Under the pieces are notes generated by a model. That model was not told the DNA's origin and ran no database searches. It saw only the letters and a list, made by a program, of their open reading frames with translations. A DNA stretch of 63,005 nt, counting the filler, from Octopus bimaculoides (Eukaryota), in NCBI RefSeq assembly GCF_001194135.2. It is 4 parts of 4 records of this genome, joined end to end, with 100 filler letters (N's around TTAATTAATTAA, not from the genome) between each part and the next. Parts side by side here need not be neighbours in the genome. Positions count along the whole stretch, not along the records: positions 35,813 to 63,005 come from NC_068986.1; 3 more parts are not named here. One strand, 5' to 3'. Position numbers and translations under genes: made by a program. Positions 50,724-63,005 of the stretch are shown here, in pieces. How positions within the stretch are numbered: position 1 is the stretch's first letter; the number at the start of each line of letters is the position of its first letter.

Positions 50724-51665
50724 GTGAGCTAGATGTAAGAGGAGTAAAATGGAGGCAAAGGAAATTCAAGAGAGAACGTGTGTTAGGAGAGAGGGAGAAT
50801 GTGTGAGTGTGTGTGTGTGAAAGAGACACAGAGAATAGATAGATAGAAAGATGGATAGATAGATAGATAGATAGCTAGAGAGAGAGAGAGAGAGNNNNNN
50901 NNNNNNNNNNNNNNNNNNNNNNNNNNNNNNNNNNNNNNNNNNNNNNNNNNNNNNNNNNNNNNNNNNNNNNNNNNNNNNNNNNNNNNNNNNNNNNNNNNNN
51001 NNNNNNNNNNNNNNNNNNNNNNNNNNNNNNNNNNNNNNNNNNNNNNNNNNNNNNNNNNNNNNNNNNNNNNNNNNNNNNNNNNNNNNNNNNNNNNNNNNNN
51101 NNNNNNNNNNNNNNNNNNNNNNNNNNNNNNNNNNNNNNNNNNNNNNNNNNNNNNNNNNNNNNNNNNNNNNNNNNNNNNNNNNNNNNNNNNNNNNNNNNNN
51201 NNNNNNNNNNNNNNNNNNNNNNNNNNNNNNNNNNNNNNNNNNNNNNNNNNNNNNNNNNNNNNNNNNNNNNNNNNNNNNNNNNNNNNNNNNNNNNNNNNNN
51301 NNNNNNNNNNNNNNNNNNNNNNNNNNNNNNNNNNNNNNNNNNNNNNNNNNNNNNNNNNNNNNNNNNNNNNNNNNNNNNNNNNNNNNNNNNNNNNNNNNNN
51401 NNNNNNNNNNNNNNNNNNNNNNNNNNNNNNNNNNNNNNNNNNNNNNNNNNNNNNNNNNNNNNNNNNNNNNNNNNNNNNNNNNNNNNNNNNNNNNNNNNNN
51501 NNNNNNNNNNNNNNNNNNNNNNNNNNNNNNNNNNNNNNNNNNNNNNNTAGAAAGATAGATAAAAGAGAGGAGGCGAAAAGAGATAGAGAAAACAGACCAT
51601 TCTTTAGAAAAATAGAGCATATGTATAAATGAATGAATATGCGTAAGTGAATGTATATATATTTA

Positions 51666-51735
<70 letters not shown>

Positions 51736-52755
51736 AACGAGGTTATATACGTGTGTAGAAGCGTATACATACATATATACGTGTGTGTATGACTAAATGA
51801 AGTGTTATTAAAACAGATGGCTGTAAGAAATGTGAAGTAGTAAGTATCATATTCCCGTGATACAAATCTAAACGTAAAGAGATGTAAAGAGACCAGCCAA
51901 AGTCACAAACATTATAATAAATTCTCACACTTCCTCCATTAGATTTTTCAACATCTTTTCTTCCCACACTCTTAAAAAAATATACCGAAATTATTCGCCT
52001 CTTATTCCCCTGTCATTATTTTTCTTCATCTTCATCATCCTCTCATTATACTTCAATTATTATTCTTCCGTTTTAATCGTCATTCTTTACCTTCATAAAT
52101 TTCCTTGTTATTTTGTTATTGCTGTTGTAATATATGTAGGGCCATTGTCTTTACGTTCTGAGTTCAAATCCCGTCGAGGTCCACTTTGCCTTTCANNNNN
52201 NNNNNGTTGCGTACTGGGGCCGATCTAATCGACTGGCCCATTCCCCCAAAATCTCGGGCCTTGTGCCAAGAGTAGAAAAGAATATACATAGAGCCATACT
52301 TGTGCTGTCTGGAGTAAAGAAGTAGTTGAGTAAATAAATCAGCCTCAATACTTAACTGGTACTTTATTTTACGTATAATCCCTGGTGGAATTTGAACACA
52401 GAATGCAGAAGAACGTGACTAAATACCGCACTACATTTTATTCTCCTCTGAAACAATTTTCTCAAAAAAAAAAAAAAAAAGCATCAAAAGTTCTTCACGT
52501 GCCATAGGCTTATAAGATCAGTTTCCTGAATTCTATGACATATATATTTCCCACCTGAACGGGAGCAACGTGAAATGAGGTGTTTGGTTGAAGAACACAA
52601 CGCATCGTCCAGTTCAGGAACCGAAACCATAATCGTATGATCATGAGTGCAACACCCTAACCACTAAACCAAACGCTCCAACAATTTTCTGAGCACACTG
52701 CCTTGAATGTTCTCAGAATGATTTCTAAAAGAATCTTAAAGTTTCAGAATGTTCA

Positions 52756-53636
52756 GTTAAACTTAGGTTGTTGTTGTTGTTGTTGTTGGCACTCCGTCGC
52801 TTACGGCATCGAGGGTTCCGGTTGATCCGATCAACGGAACAGCCTGCTCGTGAAATTAACGTGCAAGTGACTGAGCACTCCACAGACACGTGTACCCTTA
52901 ACGTAGTTCTCGGGGATATTCAGCGTGACACAGTGTGACAAGGCTGACCCTTTGAATTACAGGCACAACAGAAACAGGAAGTAAGAGTGAGAGAAAGTTG
53001 TGGTGAAAGAGTACAGCAGGGTTCGCCACCATCCCCTGCCGGAGCCTCGTGGAGCTTTAGGTGTTTTCGCTCAATAAACACTTACGACGCCCGGTCTGGG
53101 AATCGAAACCGCGATTCTATGACCGCGAGTCCGCTGCCCTAATCACNNNNNNNNNNNNNNNNNNNNNNNNNNNNNNNNNNNNNNNNNNNNNNNNNNNNNN
53201 NNNNNNNNNNNNNNNNNNNNNNNNNNNNGTTAAACTTAGGTTGTTGTTGTTGTTGTTGTTGGCACTCCGTCGCTTACGGCATCGAGGGTTCCGGTTGATC
53301 CGATCAACGGAACAGCCTGCTCGTGAAATTAACGTGCAAGTGACTGAGCACTCCACAGACACGTGTACCCTTAACGTAGTTCTCGGGGATATTCAGCGTG
53401 ACACAGTGTGACAAGGCTGACCCTTTGAATTACAGGCACAACAGAAACAGGAAGTAAGAGTGAGAGAAAGTTGTGGTGAAAGAGTACAGCAGGGTTCGCC
53501 ACCATCCCCTGCCGGAGCCTCGTGGAGCTTTAGGTGTTTTCGCTCAATAAACACTTACGACGCCCGGTCTGGGAATCGAAACCGCGATTCTATGACCGCG
53601 AGTCCGCTGCCCTAATCACTGGTCCATTGCCCTTCC
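52756..53636 (-). mobile_element. Family C tRNA-derived SINE (OR-like), shown twice across an 82-N gap
   Basis: Head GG..CAGTG.TTAGGGCAGCGGACTCGCGGTC...TTCGATTCCC, (AAC)n tail; TSD CAGTTAAACTTA (52754) / CAGTCAAACTTA (53638). Confidence 0.85.
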
Positions 53637-54128
53637 ACAGTCAAACTTAAAGGACGAAACGTAAATTATTATCGCGATGAAGAATCTATAGACTTAGCAA
53701 AACAATTACTATTCTTACTGTGCTTCTGACAGCGTTTAAAATCTCTCAGGGCGATTAAACGATAACACTTATATATTTCGAGTGACCGGATGAAACGAGT
53801 AACTGACCAGAAGATGGTGTAATAGTTATATACTGACCAGCTTAAAACTGACGTGACAACTCTTAATACAAGGTTAAATTATGTAAAACTGTGTCAAAAC
53901 TCTCAGAGTAGACTGCATGTTGGCTCACAACTGACCAAACTAGACTAGACTAAAATCTACACAATAGCTAACAAGTGACCTGGCTGAATGAATTAAAGAA
54001 TACGAGAACTTGTAATGGAATCTGTAATAGAATCTGCGACTCTCTCGAATTAGTTCAACTAACAATTTCTGTGATATATGACAGCTGTCAATGTTAGTTC
54101 TTACTTGATGGAGACGTGGTATGGGTCC

Positions 54129-54750
54129 AGATGGACTATATGTAATCTGAACCTTTCCCCTCTTATTCTATTTTATTTTTTTTACGGAATCCCACGTTTT
54201 AGGCTATGGAGATTCCGATTCTGAAAAAAATTTTTCAAAAATCTCAATTTCAAAATTTCGNNNNNNNNNNNNNNNNNNNNNNNNNNNNNNNNNNNNNNNN
54301 NNNNNNNNNNNNNNNNNNNNNNNNNNNNNNNNNNNNNNNNNNNNNNNNNNNNNNNNNNNNNNNNNNNNNNNNNNNNNNNNNNNNNNNNNNNNNNNNNNNN
54401 NNNNNNNNNNNNNNNNNNNNNNNNNNNNNNNNNNNNNNNNNNNNNNNNNNNNNNNNNNNNNNNNNNNNNNNNNNNNNNNNNNNNNNNNNNNNNNNNNNNN
54501 NNNNNNNNNNNNNNNNNNNNNNNNNNNNNNNNNNNNNNNNNNNNNNNNNNAACCCTAACCCTAACACTAGTTTTGTGAGATTTGGCTGTTATTTCTAGCA
54601 TGTAAATAGCCTGCTAAGGGGGGGGGGGGAAATTTTTCAAACAATTTTTTTTTCAGAATCGGAATCTCCATAGCCTAAAACGTGGGATTCCGTAAAAAAA
54701 ATAATAAATAAATAAGGTGGGGAAAGATTCAGATTACATATAGTCCGTCT
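54129..54750. mobile_element. Long-TIR non-autonomous element containing (CCCTAA)n
   Basis: About 120-bp TIRs (ggactatatgtaatctgaa..tttcccc...acggaatcccacgttttaggctatggagattccgattctgaaaaaaa and its reverse complement); aaccctaaccctaac at the edge of the central 290-N gap. Confidence 0.8.
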
Positions 54751-54799
54751 CCGCCATGATATGTATATAACAATGCATTTGTGCATCACACTCCTCCTC

Positions 54800-55296
54800 C
54801 ATAAATACTGTGTATACAAATCTCCATCATAAATATTGTTTCTACAGTCCTCCATCATGAATATTGTCTCAATAGTCCCTTCTCATAAATATCAGTTTTA
54901 CAGATCATCATAAATATTGTTTCTACAGATCTCCATTATAAATAGTCTTTTCTACTCTGAGCACAAGGCCCGAAATTTTTGGAGATGGGGGGGGCCAGTC
55001 GATTAGATCGACCCCCAGTATGCAACTGGTACTTAATTTATCGACCCCGAAAGGATGAAAGGCAAAGTTAGCCTTGGCGGAATTTGAACTCAGAACATAA
55101 AGATAGACGAAATACCACTAAGTATTCCGCCCCGCGTGCTAACGTTTCTGCCAGCTCGCCGCCTTTATCTCCATTATAAATATTGTCTCTACAGTTCACC
55201 ATCATAAACATTGTCTCTGCAGACTTCCACCATGAACGTACCCTATACAGATCTCCACCAACTATTGTCTATACAGACATCTACCATAAATGTCTC
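54800..55296. repeat. Degenerate 28-bp minisatellite (about 10 units, near CATAAATATTGTCTCTACAGATCTCCAT) interrupted by a family A SINE (54945-55165, minus)
   Basis: Units read by eye; SINE flanked by TSD ATCTCCATTATAAATA (54929 and 55167). Confidence 0.8.
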
Positions 55297-58200
55297 CTGG
55301 ATTGTTTTCCGATTAAAATAACATGGTAAACTATTAAAAAATAAAATCGTATTTTGTCATAATTGAACCTTCTCATAGTACAGCAGTGACTGGTTATGTA
55401 ATTAGATTTGCAATTACGCATGTGCTAATTGATAAACCAAATACTTGAATTCCTTGTTACAAATATCAACACACACACCCAAAATATACATACATTCATG
55501 TACACGCACATATATGCCCCATGCACTCACATAATTTAAACAGTCTTAAGATATAATGAAAATGATATTTCTCCCAGTGATACTGGTGTGCATAAACATT
55601 TTATCGTCACCGTCGTCGCCGCCACCATCGTATTATCAGGACTAGGAAAATCTGTGCAACGCTGGACAAAATGGCTGGCGGTATTTAGTTGAAACCATTG
55701 TTTTATGTCGAACGTTCAAATTCTACCAAGGCCAACATTACTTTTCATTCTTTTGAACTCAGTAAAATGAAGTATTAGTGAAGTACCGGATCTTATATAG
55801 TCGACTAACCCTTTTCCATTCAAATCTTTGGTTTTGTGCCTATGCCAGAAATTTATCGAAACGAATCAAACCAGCTGAAATAAGCTATCTTCATTCACTT
55901 TACTTACATTATAAAAAGTGTAAATGCCCCACCTTCTTAATTCATTTCCATTAAAAGTCACACGCTTCACGTTTATTGTAGAATATATTAAAATTTATCT
56001 TGAAGGGAACATTGTTGAATGAAATACTACCCCGCCCCATCACACTGGCACTACATCCAATAAACATTGTCAGCCAACGATTCAATTAGCACACGTCGTT
56101 TACATATTCACTCCTACCACTTGTAATATAAAAAAAACCTTAGATATAATCCACACACACAGAAACTCAATCTGATGCTATGTAAATTTTCTATAATGTT
56201 GGTTCACCAGGCATCAATAATTCATGACACGATAGCACACTATTATTGGATATTTACTCATTCCACACCATTAACAAACACAATGACGACAGCCATACGC
56301 ATACATTATGTGTCGTGGATGTGTCTATTCATTGGTGTGTTTGTTTATTCACTTCGACGACAACGACAACACTCGAATAACAAGATGTTAGCCATTGATT
56401 AAATAAGTGAAAAACTACCACTTAAAAATGATTAAAATCACACTCAACTTTTCAGTCAGACTCCATCTCTCCTTTCGTAAAAAAGAAATAAACAAAACTG
56501 AATTCTTGTTATTTCTAAGTCGACGAGACATTTCAAAGTATGAGCATCTGAACATTAAACTGTCTAACAGAGTTTTCGGTAGCGTAATCAATGAAACGTA
56601 TACACGATGATAGACAAACACATACATATGTAGCATCAGAGATACAAAAGTCGACAAGGTCACAGATTACCATCAAGACATGGACAGTTCCTATCTCATG
56701 ACTGGAATAGAAACGTTGATAACACATCCCTCAATGTCACAATGCTGCTTTGGGTGCACAAATAAGAAAATGCTGTATTATAAAACACGTGGTCAACTAG
56801 CCTCCAGTACTGAGTTTAAAGAAAATTCGCTCCAAACTCAGTGCCAAGTACATAATCTGAATCCAAGCTGTTTATATTTTAGAGTGATACATACTATTTA
56901 CAATGGCGTAGAGTATTTCCATGTCTTTAATGGTCTTAATGCCTAATATTTTCTACTGAAACTTACAGATAAATTTCAGAAGTTGGATTCGTAATAAAGT
57001 TATATTGAAATAAAAAAATGTATTATAAACCTAACATATCTTAAAATAACAACACAGCAAATTTAGTTGATAATGCATCCATCAACATTTACATCAGTGG
57101 AACAGTAAAAACTGAATAACTTAAATTTTAATTACTAAAACTGTGTTAGTAATGTGTTTAACAACATCGTTCTATTAGTCATTGGGCCGGTTGTTTAAAA
57201 ACTATTGAGATAGTAAACTCGGCGGTAAGTGCCAAACTTCAAAGCCTCTGTGACTGTTGGGATATCTTTCTTATCATCAAATAAAAACCTCTATAACCTT
57301 CATAACTTTTATATAATTGTAGGTTACAAGTGTTACGTTTGGTTCAACGTATGTTAAAACGGGTCAGTCTGCCTTGTGAAAATTTCCCATAAGTTGAACC
57401 ACAGCCGAAAGTTATAACCTACTTTTGGAAAATATTGTTGACAGACTTATACTGCGAGTATAGCTAAAAAACCTACATTTAAAATGGAAATTTTGGAGGA
57501 CGCATTATACTCCATAAAATACGCTGTATATAATCTTTTATCTGATTATATTTCACTAGTATTAGTGTCAACAAGTCAGATAAAAATATGCGGAGAGGGC
57601 AATCTGAAGTGAAACGTTGTAAATATATCGAGGAATTATCTTAAGTTTAGCATTTATATTCTTTAATACCGAGAAGGACATAAATTTTGTATTTGTGATT
57701 TTTTAAATGATTCTAATGATTGATATTTCTAATACGATAAGAATATTTCTGGAAGGCAAATGGATATATGAGTGTATATCCTCCATCTTCTCTTCATCAT
57801 CGTTTTAGCGCCCACTTTACTATCCTTGCATAGAATGAGAAGGAATCTCTCGAGGTAAATTTTCTGCTGCCAGGAGCACTTCTTGTCGCAAATCTTCACC
57901 TGTTTCCAGCAAAGTAATATTACTTCCCTTGCCAGATATGTTCTTTGCGGAAGATTAGGAATAAATGACGCCGCTTGTATGGCGATGACGCTTTAGAGTT
58001 ATCACGCAATGCGCGTACTCCCCTCTCTCTCTCTCTATCTCTCTCTCACACACAGTGTTTCTTTCAGTTTCCGTCTACAGATCTACTCACAAAGCCGTGG
58101 TCATCTCGGGGTTACAGTAGAAGATACCCAAGGTGCTACGTACGCAGTGACACTGGATCAGAAATCCAATAGCCGGGAAGCTAAATTCTTAAACAGTAAT

Positions 58201-58753
58201 GGCTGCGCCTGCCTTTCTGTCTGTCTGCCTGTCCGTTCGTTTCCTTCCATGAAATATTCTCAGACACCAGAAATATCACTATTCAATGTTATGCAAAAGT
58301 TCCTTAATCGAACTACTCACCCCTTACTACGTAGTAAACTTGCCAACATTAACATACAACACGTGGTCTATAATCTCTTCACGTAAGTTTTGGATAAATA
58401 TCTGTTTTACTAAACATTCTGACCTCTACACCTAACTTATCAGCATCGCTGGAATTCCTCAGTAATCTAACTAAGCCCAGATGGTTCCATCCATTAATTA
58501 ATACACACACGCGCGCGCCACAAACACACACACACACACACAATGAGAGAGAGAGAGAAGGGATAACAAGGGAGAGAAATTGAGAAAAAGCGAAGCAAAA
58601 TCAAATAATTCAACAAAATGGTTGATTTACTAGTTTGATGTCCGGAGGAATGGAAAGAGTTGATTATGAGAATCGGGACATTTACTCTCTTCGAAATATA
58701 TAGGTCGAGAGGAGAGAAAAACAACAACAATTTAAATGAAGAATCTAGGTGAA

Positions 58754-58789
<36 letters not shown>

Positions 58790-59776
58790 AATTGTCTATG
58801 CTGTGGTACAAGAACAAAATGTTCAACACAACTTTATGTTGAAGGGTGTGTAGTTTTATACATGTCGGTATATCTGAGATAAATGAGGATTACACAATAA
58901 GAGCAGCGGTTTCGTTTGATCGGCTGACCAGACATATTAGTTGGAAAGCAATAGAAATGACTTGAAATGGTGTCAGTGATGTTAATAATTAGCTATCATC
59001 TGTCATGCATCAGTGGGACGATGTTCCCTTTGAAGTTCTCAAGAAAGTATTAGGTCAATGCCCCCAAGCAATTCAAAGTTACTGCTATATTTATTATTTC
59101 TTTTATTTGAAATTGAATTAAGGCGGTGTTTGATGTGAAGTTTAAGTATGAATCAGAGCTGCAAGACCTTTCTTAAATGCTTATGCTTTATCTAACACTG
59201 CTCATGCCAGATAGGGCTTGGATTCTTAGAGCGGCTCTATGTCCAGCAACCTATGCCTCACAGAGAAGCTTTACATCGTCTGTCACCTTACCTCAATCTT
59301 AAACTAATTTCAAGTTGTTGACACATGCTCAAGTTCATACTTGAGGACACATGACATATGCATGTGTGTGTATATGTATGTATTTCCTATAACGTGATAT
59401 TTTGAATATACATATATAAGACATTTACAAAATACAGCTTAAGACATTACTTAGTTACTCTTCATGTTCTTAAAAGCACCCAGCACATTAGGGAAAGGAG
59501 CAGGAAAGGCATCCTGTTGTAAGAAACCAAGCCAAATCAGACTGGAACCTGATACAGCTTTTCTGTTTGCTAACTGTTGTCAAAACGTCCAACCCATGCC
59601 AGCATAGAAAACGGATAATGATGACGACGATGATCACCCAGGTAATAAGCATCGGAATGCAGCATGATACTGGACAGCTAGTCGGTAATGGGCAGCTTAT
59701 CTTTTGGCGATTCAGTAACAACGAAATAGTATAGACTTATATACATGATATATGCAATGAAGGAGCAAAGCCTTAC

Positions 59777-59977
59777 CTGATAACTCCTGGCGTTGCTTGT
59801 CAACTCTCTGCATGTCGCAAGCTTCACCGCGGCAGACACGCTTCTGTTTTAACGCTGGACATTCTTTGCCTCCATGAGCAGCCTTTACTGAAACGTGCCT
59901 CTCTCGTATTTGTACCCCATGAATGCAGGAATCACCGCAGTTCCATTCTGTCCACTGGCTAACGTAGCAATCAACGG
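59777..59977 (-). CDS. SBSPON: SBSPON thrombospondin type-1 exon
   Basis: Acceptor ttttttttcttacag, donor TCAG|gtaagg, 201 nt, phase 1 to 1. Reads VDCYVSQWTEWNCGDSCIHGVQIRERHVSVKAAHGGKECPALKQKRVCRGEAC...QELS (spondin-type TSP1). The signal/somatomedin-B exon is not seen and presumably lies beyond the window. Confidence 0.92.
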
Positions 59978-60369
59978 CTGTAAGAAAAAAAAACAAAGAA
60001 AAATGAAATAAGAAAATGACGATTTATTATTTTTTCTCTTTTACTTGTTTCAGCCATTAGACTGCGGCCATGCTGGAGCACTGCCTTGTAGGATTTTAGT
60101 CGAACAAATCAACTACAGTTCTTATTCTAAGCCTAGTGCTTATTCTATCGGTCCTTTTTTGCCGAACCGCTAAGTTACGGGAACGTAAATAAATGGACAC
60201 TGGTTGTCAAATCGTTGTGTAGGTCAAATATATATGCACGCACACACACGATTTCTTAAAAAAGAAAAATCGCTTGTGATAAATTTTGCCGCAATCCCCA
60301 TTCGACATATGAGGTCAGATCGGTTTATGCAACCTTTCGAATACCTGTAAGTTAGTGTCTGTATGGAAG

Positions 60370-60540
60370 CTTCTATCTGGTCACACAATCAGCCAGAAAT
60401 AACCTAATCTTTCAAATTACATCCTAATGCCTTGGATTATATAGGTTCTGAGTGCATTGTGCTTTTGAAAGACGGGATGGTCATGGCTTGAATGCATTTG
60501 ACCAAAACTGATTCTGGATTATGCAATAACAACAACAATA
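60370..60540. mobile_element. Repeat family F fragment
   Basis: CTAGAAATAGC.GCCAAATCTC...GACGGGATGGTCA.GGCTGGAATG-like block, also at about 16410-16560, 38640-38800, 43800-44000, 46550-46710 and 48330-48540. Confidence 0.6.
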
Positions 60541-61092
60541 GCTGCAGCGTCAGGTTATTCCTAGAGAGTGACATTCTGGAAGGAAGGATAAAACGAATGT
60601 TCAGTGTGGGATTTGGATGTTGAGAAACAATAGAGGAGGCAGAAAAAAAGTCGTAAATATATTCAGATGGATTTGATGGAATTGATATTTAGTTACGAGG
60701 AGCAAAAACCGTTAAAGTAGCAATAAAATGAGACAGCGCGAGAGAAAATAGTGCGCCTGTAAGCGTTTGATAATTGGGAATGTGAATTTTGGTTTTAGAA
60801 AGATGACGTATTTGGATGTAGTTAGCATGAGAGTTTTAGGGCCAGTGTCTCAGATATGTGAGCAGTACACATTAAATGGTTCCCATTAAGTTTTGATGGT
60901 TTCGTGGTATATTTGATGAAGGAACTATATAAGAAGCGGAGAGGATCCCAATTATTTGACGTGTTTTTCCCTAAAAAAATACCCTACAGTTCCTTTGAAT
61001 TTTGGAAAGACTCCACTTCGGAACTCGGAAACTGTCAATTTCGCCATGCGTAATTTCTCTCTGTGGTATTTAGCATTTAAAATATGAAGGAG

Positions 61093-61126
<34 letters not shown>

Positions 61127-61954
61127 GCTTGAAGACGAAGTCTTCTCCGGCTCCTTACTTTCTCCTTCTCTTGTACTTATGCATTTACTTTTCGGAAATA
61201 AACAAAGAATTAACACACACGTGCGCACACGCACACATACACACTCTCACACACACACACAATGTGCATATATATATAGCGCATATAGCTATTGTTTATA
61301 GCAATCGAAAACAGAAAAATAAAACAGCGCTGAATAGGGTATGGAAGATAAACACAGTGGCATCATAAACATAACACCGGTAAAAATTAGAGCAACGTTA
61401 AAATGAAGTGCCTTGCTCAGTCCGGGAATTGAACCCACGATCTAAATAGATCATGAGCTAAACACCTTAACCACTAAGCAACATGCCTTCATACACACAT
61501 AGACACTGATAGAAAGATTGTGAGAGAAAGAGAAGATATAGGAGGAGAAATATAAGACCAAATAAAGTGACAAGAATGATAGAACAGTCAACTTAAACAC
61601 GTGGGATGTAGCTGTACATACTATTGTAGTAACATCACTCGTGAGGTGACAGATGTAGTTACTATAGATGCATTTTCTGGTTGACAGATGTATTTACTAC
61701 AGAAATAGCCTCACCAGTCGACTAGACACGAGGGAGACAGATGCCCATGCAATAACAGTCGATGTCCAACTGGGCTATAAAAACACCACCCTACCAATTC
61801 GCTCTACAAAATTGTACTGAAACCAAAAGTTTGCGTGCAACTTGGTCAGAAGAATTAGCAACGAGAACTGCTGGACGTATCGGAAAGGGTGGTGTCTGTC
61901 AAGGAACAACCCACTCTCTATTGTTGTTTCAGTATTGTATCCACAGTGCCCCGT

Positions 61955-62433
61955 GGAGGCGCAATGGCCCAGTGGTTAGGGCAGCGGACTCGCGGTCATA
62001 GAATCGCGGTTTCGNNNNNNNNNNNNNNNNNNNNNNNNNNNNNNNNNNNNNNNNNNNNNNNNNNNNNNNNNNNNNNNNNNNNNNNNNNNNNNNNNNNNNN
62101 NNNNNNNNNNNNNNNNNNNNNNNNNNNNNNNNNNNNNNNNNNNNNNNNNNNNNNNNNNNNNNNNNNNNNNNNNNNNNNNNNNNNNNNNNNNNNNNNNNNN
62201 NNNNNNNNNNNNNNNNNNNNNNNNNNNNNNNNNNNNNNNNNNNNNNNNNNNNNNNNNAATTCAAAGGGCTAGCCTTGTCACACTCAACGTCACGTTGAAT
62301 TTCCCCGAAAACTACGTTAAGAGTACACGTGTCTGTGGAGTGCTCAGCCACTTGCACGTTAATTTCACGAGCAGACTGTTCCGTTGATCGGATCAACTGG
62401 AACCCTCGTCGTCGTAACCGACGGAGTGCCAAC
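61955..62433 (+). mobile_element. Family C SINE with internal gap
   Basis: GGAGGCGCAATGGCCCAGTGGTTAGGGCAGCGG head; 3' half matches the 52756 copy. Confidence 0.85.
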
Positions 62434-63005
62434 TATAAAACTTTGTGAAAATTTTACCGAAATTCGAGCAAATTAACTATTGTTATTTTTGTTTAGCCTC
62501 AATTCAGATCTGTAATCGTTCGATTTGCCTTGTAAAAGAATTTTCGAGAATGCTCGAATCACCGTAATTACAATTAAAATTGGAATTTAAAATCAAAATA
62601 TATTTGGCTCATATACTTATAGAATACAGGAACACCCTTGATCAAAAACACTCGAAAAACAAAATAACAAAAACAAAACAAAACAAAAAAATCCTTCCTG
62701 AAAAAGTATTACATCACAAGCATAAACTAAATTCACATAAGGCTAAAGTTTAGAAACCTTACAAATAAGCAAACTGCAAACATCTGAAGAAGCCATTAAT
62801 AACCAACGTGTTTGTAAATTTCATCGCGAAAGTAAAAGTGGTAAACTTCACGATTCGAAGTGTTATAGTGTTGGTCATACAAGTACGACACCACTCACTG
62901 GCTTACCATGCACTTATAAACAAGGACAAGCTGCAACACAAACAAAACAAAACAAAACAAAACATCGCGAGCACACACACTCACCCTTATTATATATATA
63001 TATGT

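Noticed and set aside
52756-53619. Apparent SINE dimer
   Set aside because: The two copies look identical including 12 bp of flank, sit either side of a short gap and share one TSD pair; most likely an unmerged contig overlap.
54800-55296. CRISPR-like array
   Set aside because: Contiguous degenerate units without unique spacers, in a eukaryotic context with no cas genes.
56680-56946. 88-aa plus ORF
   Set aside because: No motif, no convincing splice sites; length within chance expectation.
225-62432. Most ORF-track entries (YIYI, HTHT, CVCV, poly-X and so on)
   Set aside because: Translations of microsatellites, SINEs or N runs.

Overview
AT-rich, microsatellite-dense, gap-ridden metazoan genomic DNA. 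The SINE families look like octopus/cephalopod (inference from recalled repeat sequences). All well-supported coding exons are on the minus strand, and several are missing from the ORF track. (1) The last three coding exons of an SBSPON/RPE-spondin orthologue (59977-59777, 46957-46828, 36496-36217), which splice in frame. (2) A calcium-binding EGF exon (35533-35411) that splices in frame to a transmembrane exon (32317-32170); its upstream exons are not visible. (3) Two to three exons of a REJ-domain polycystin-1-like gene (5363-5292, 4581-4465, 1653-1532). Three 100-bp gaps with an artificial TTAATTAATTAA linker separate these blocks, so true distances are unknown. The rest is tRNA-derived SINEs, RLE-type non-LTR fragments, mariner and Chapaev-like remnants, MITEs and minisatellites. 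Best lead: a SINE-like element at 22.9-23.5 kb that, when its two partial copies are joined, combines a Pol III tRNA head with an intact-looking minimal hammerhead ribozyme of the Penelope type. Other leads: RLE retroelements sitting inside (TAA)n and (CATA)n microsatellites, a long-TIR element family carrying telomeric repeats, and an exon-like block with one in-frame UAG. No CRISPR array, rRNA or convincing tRNA gene was seen.
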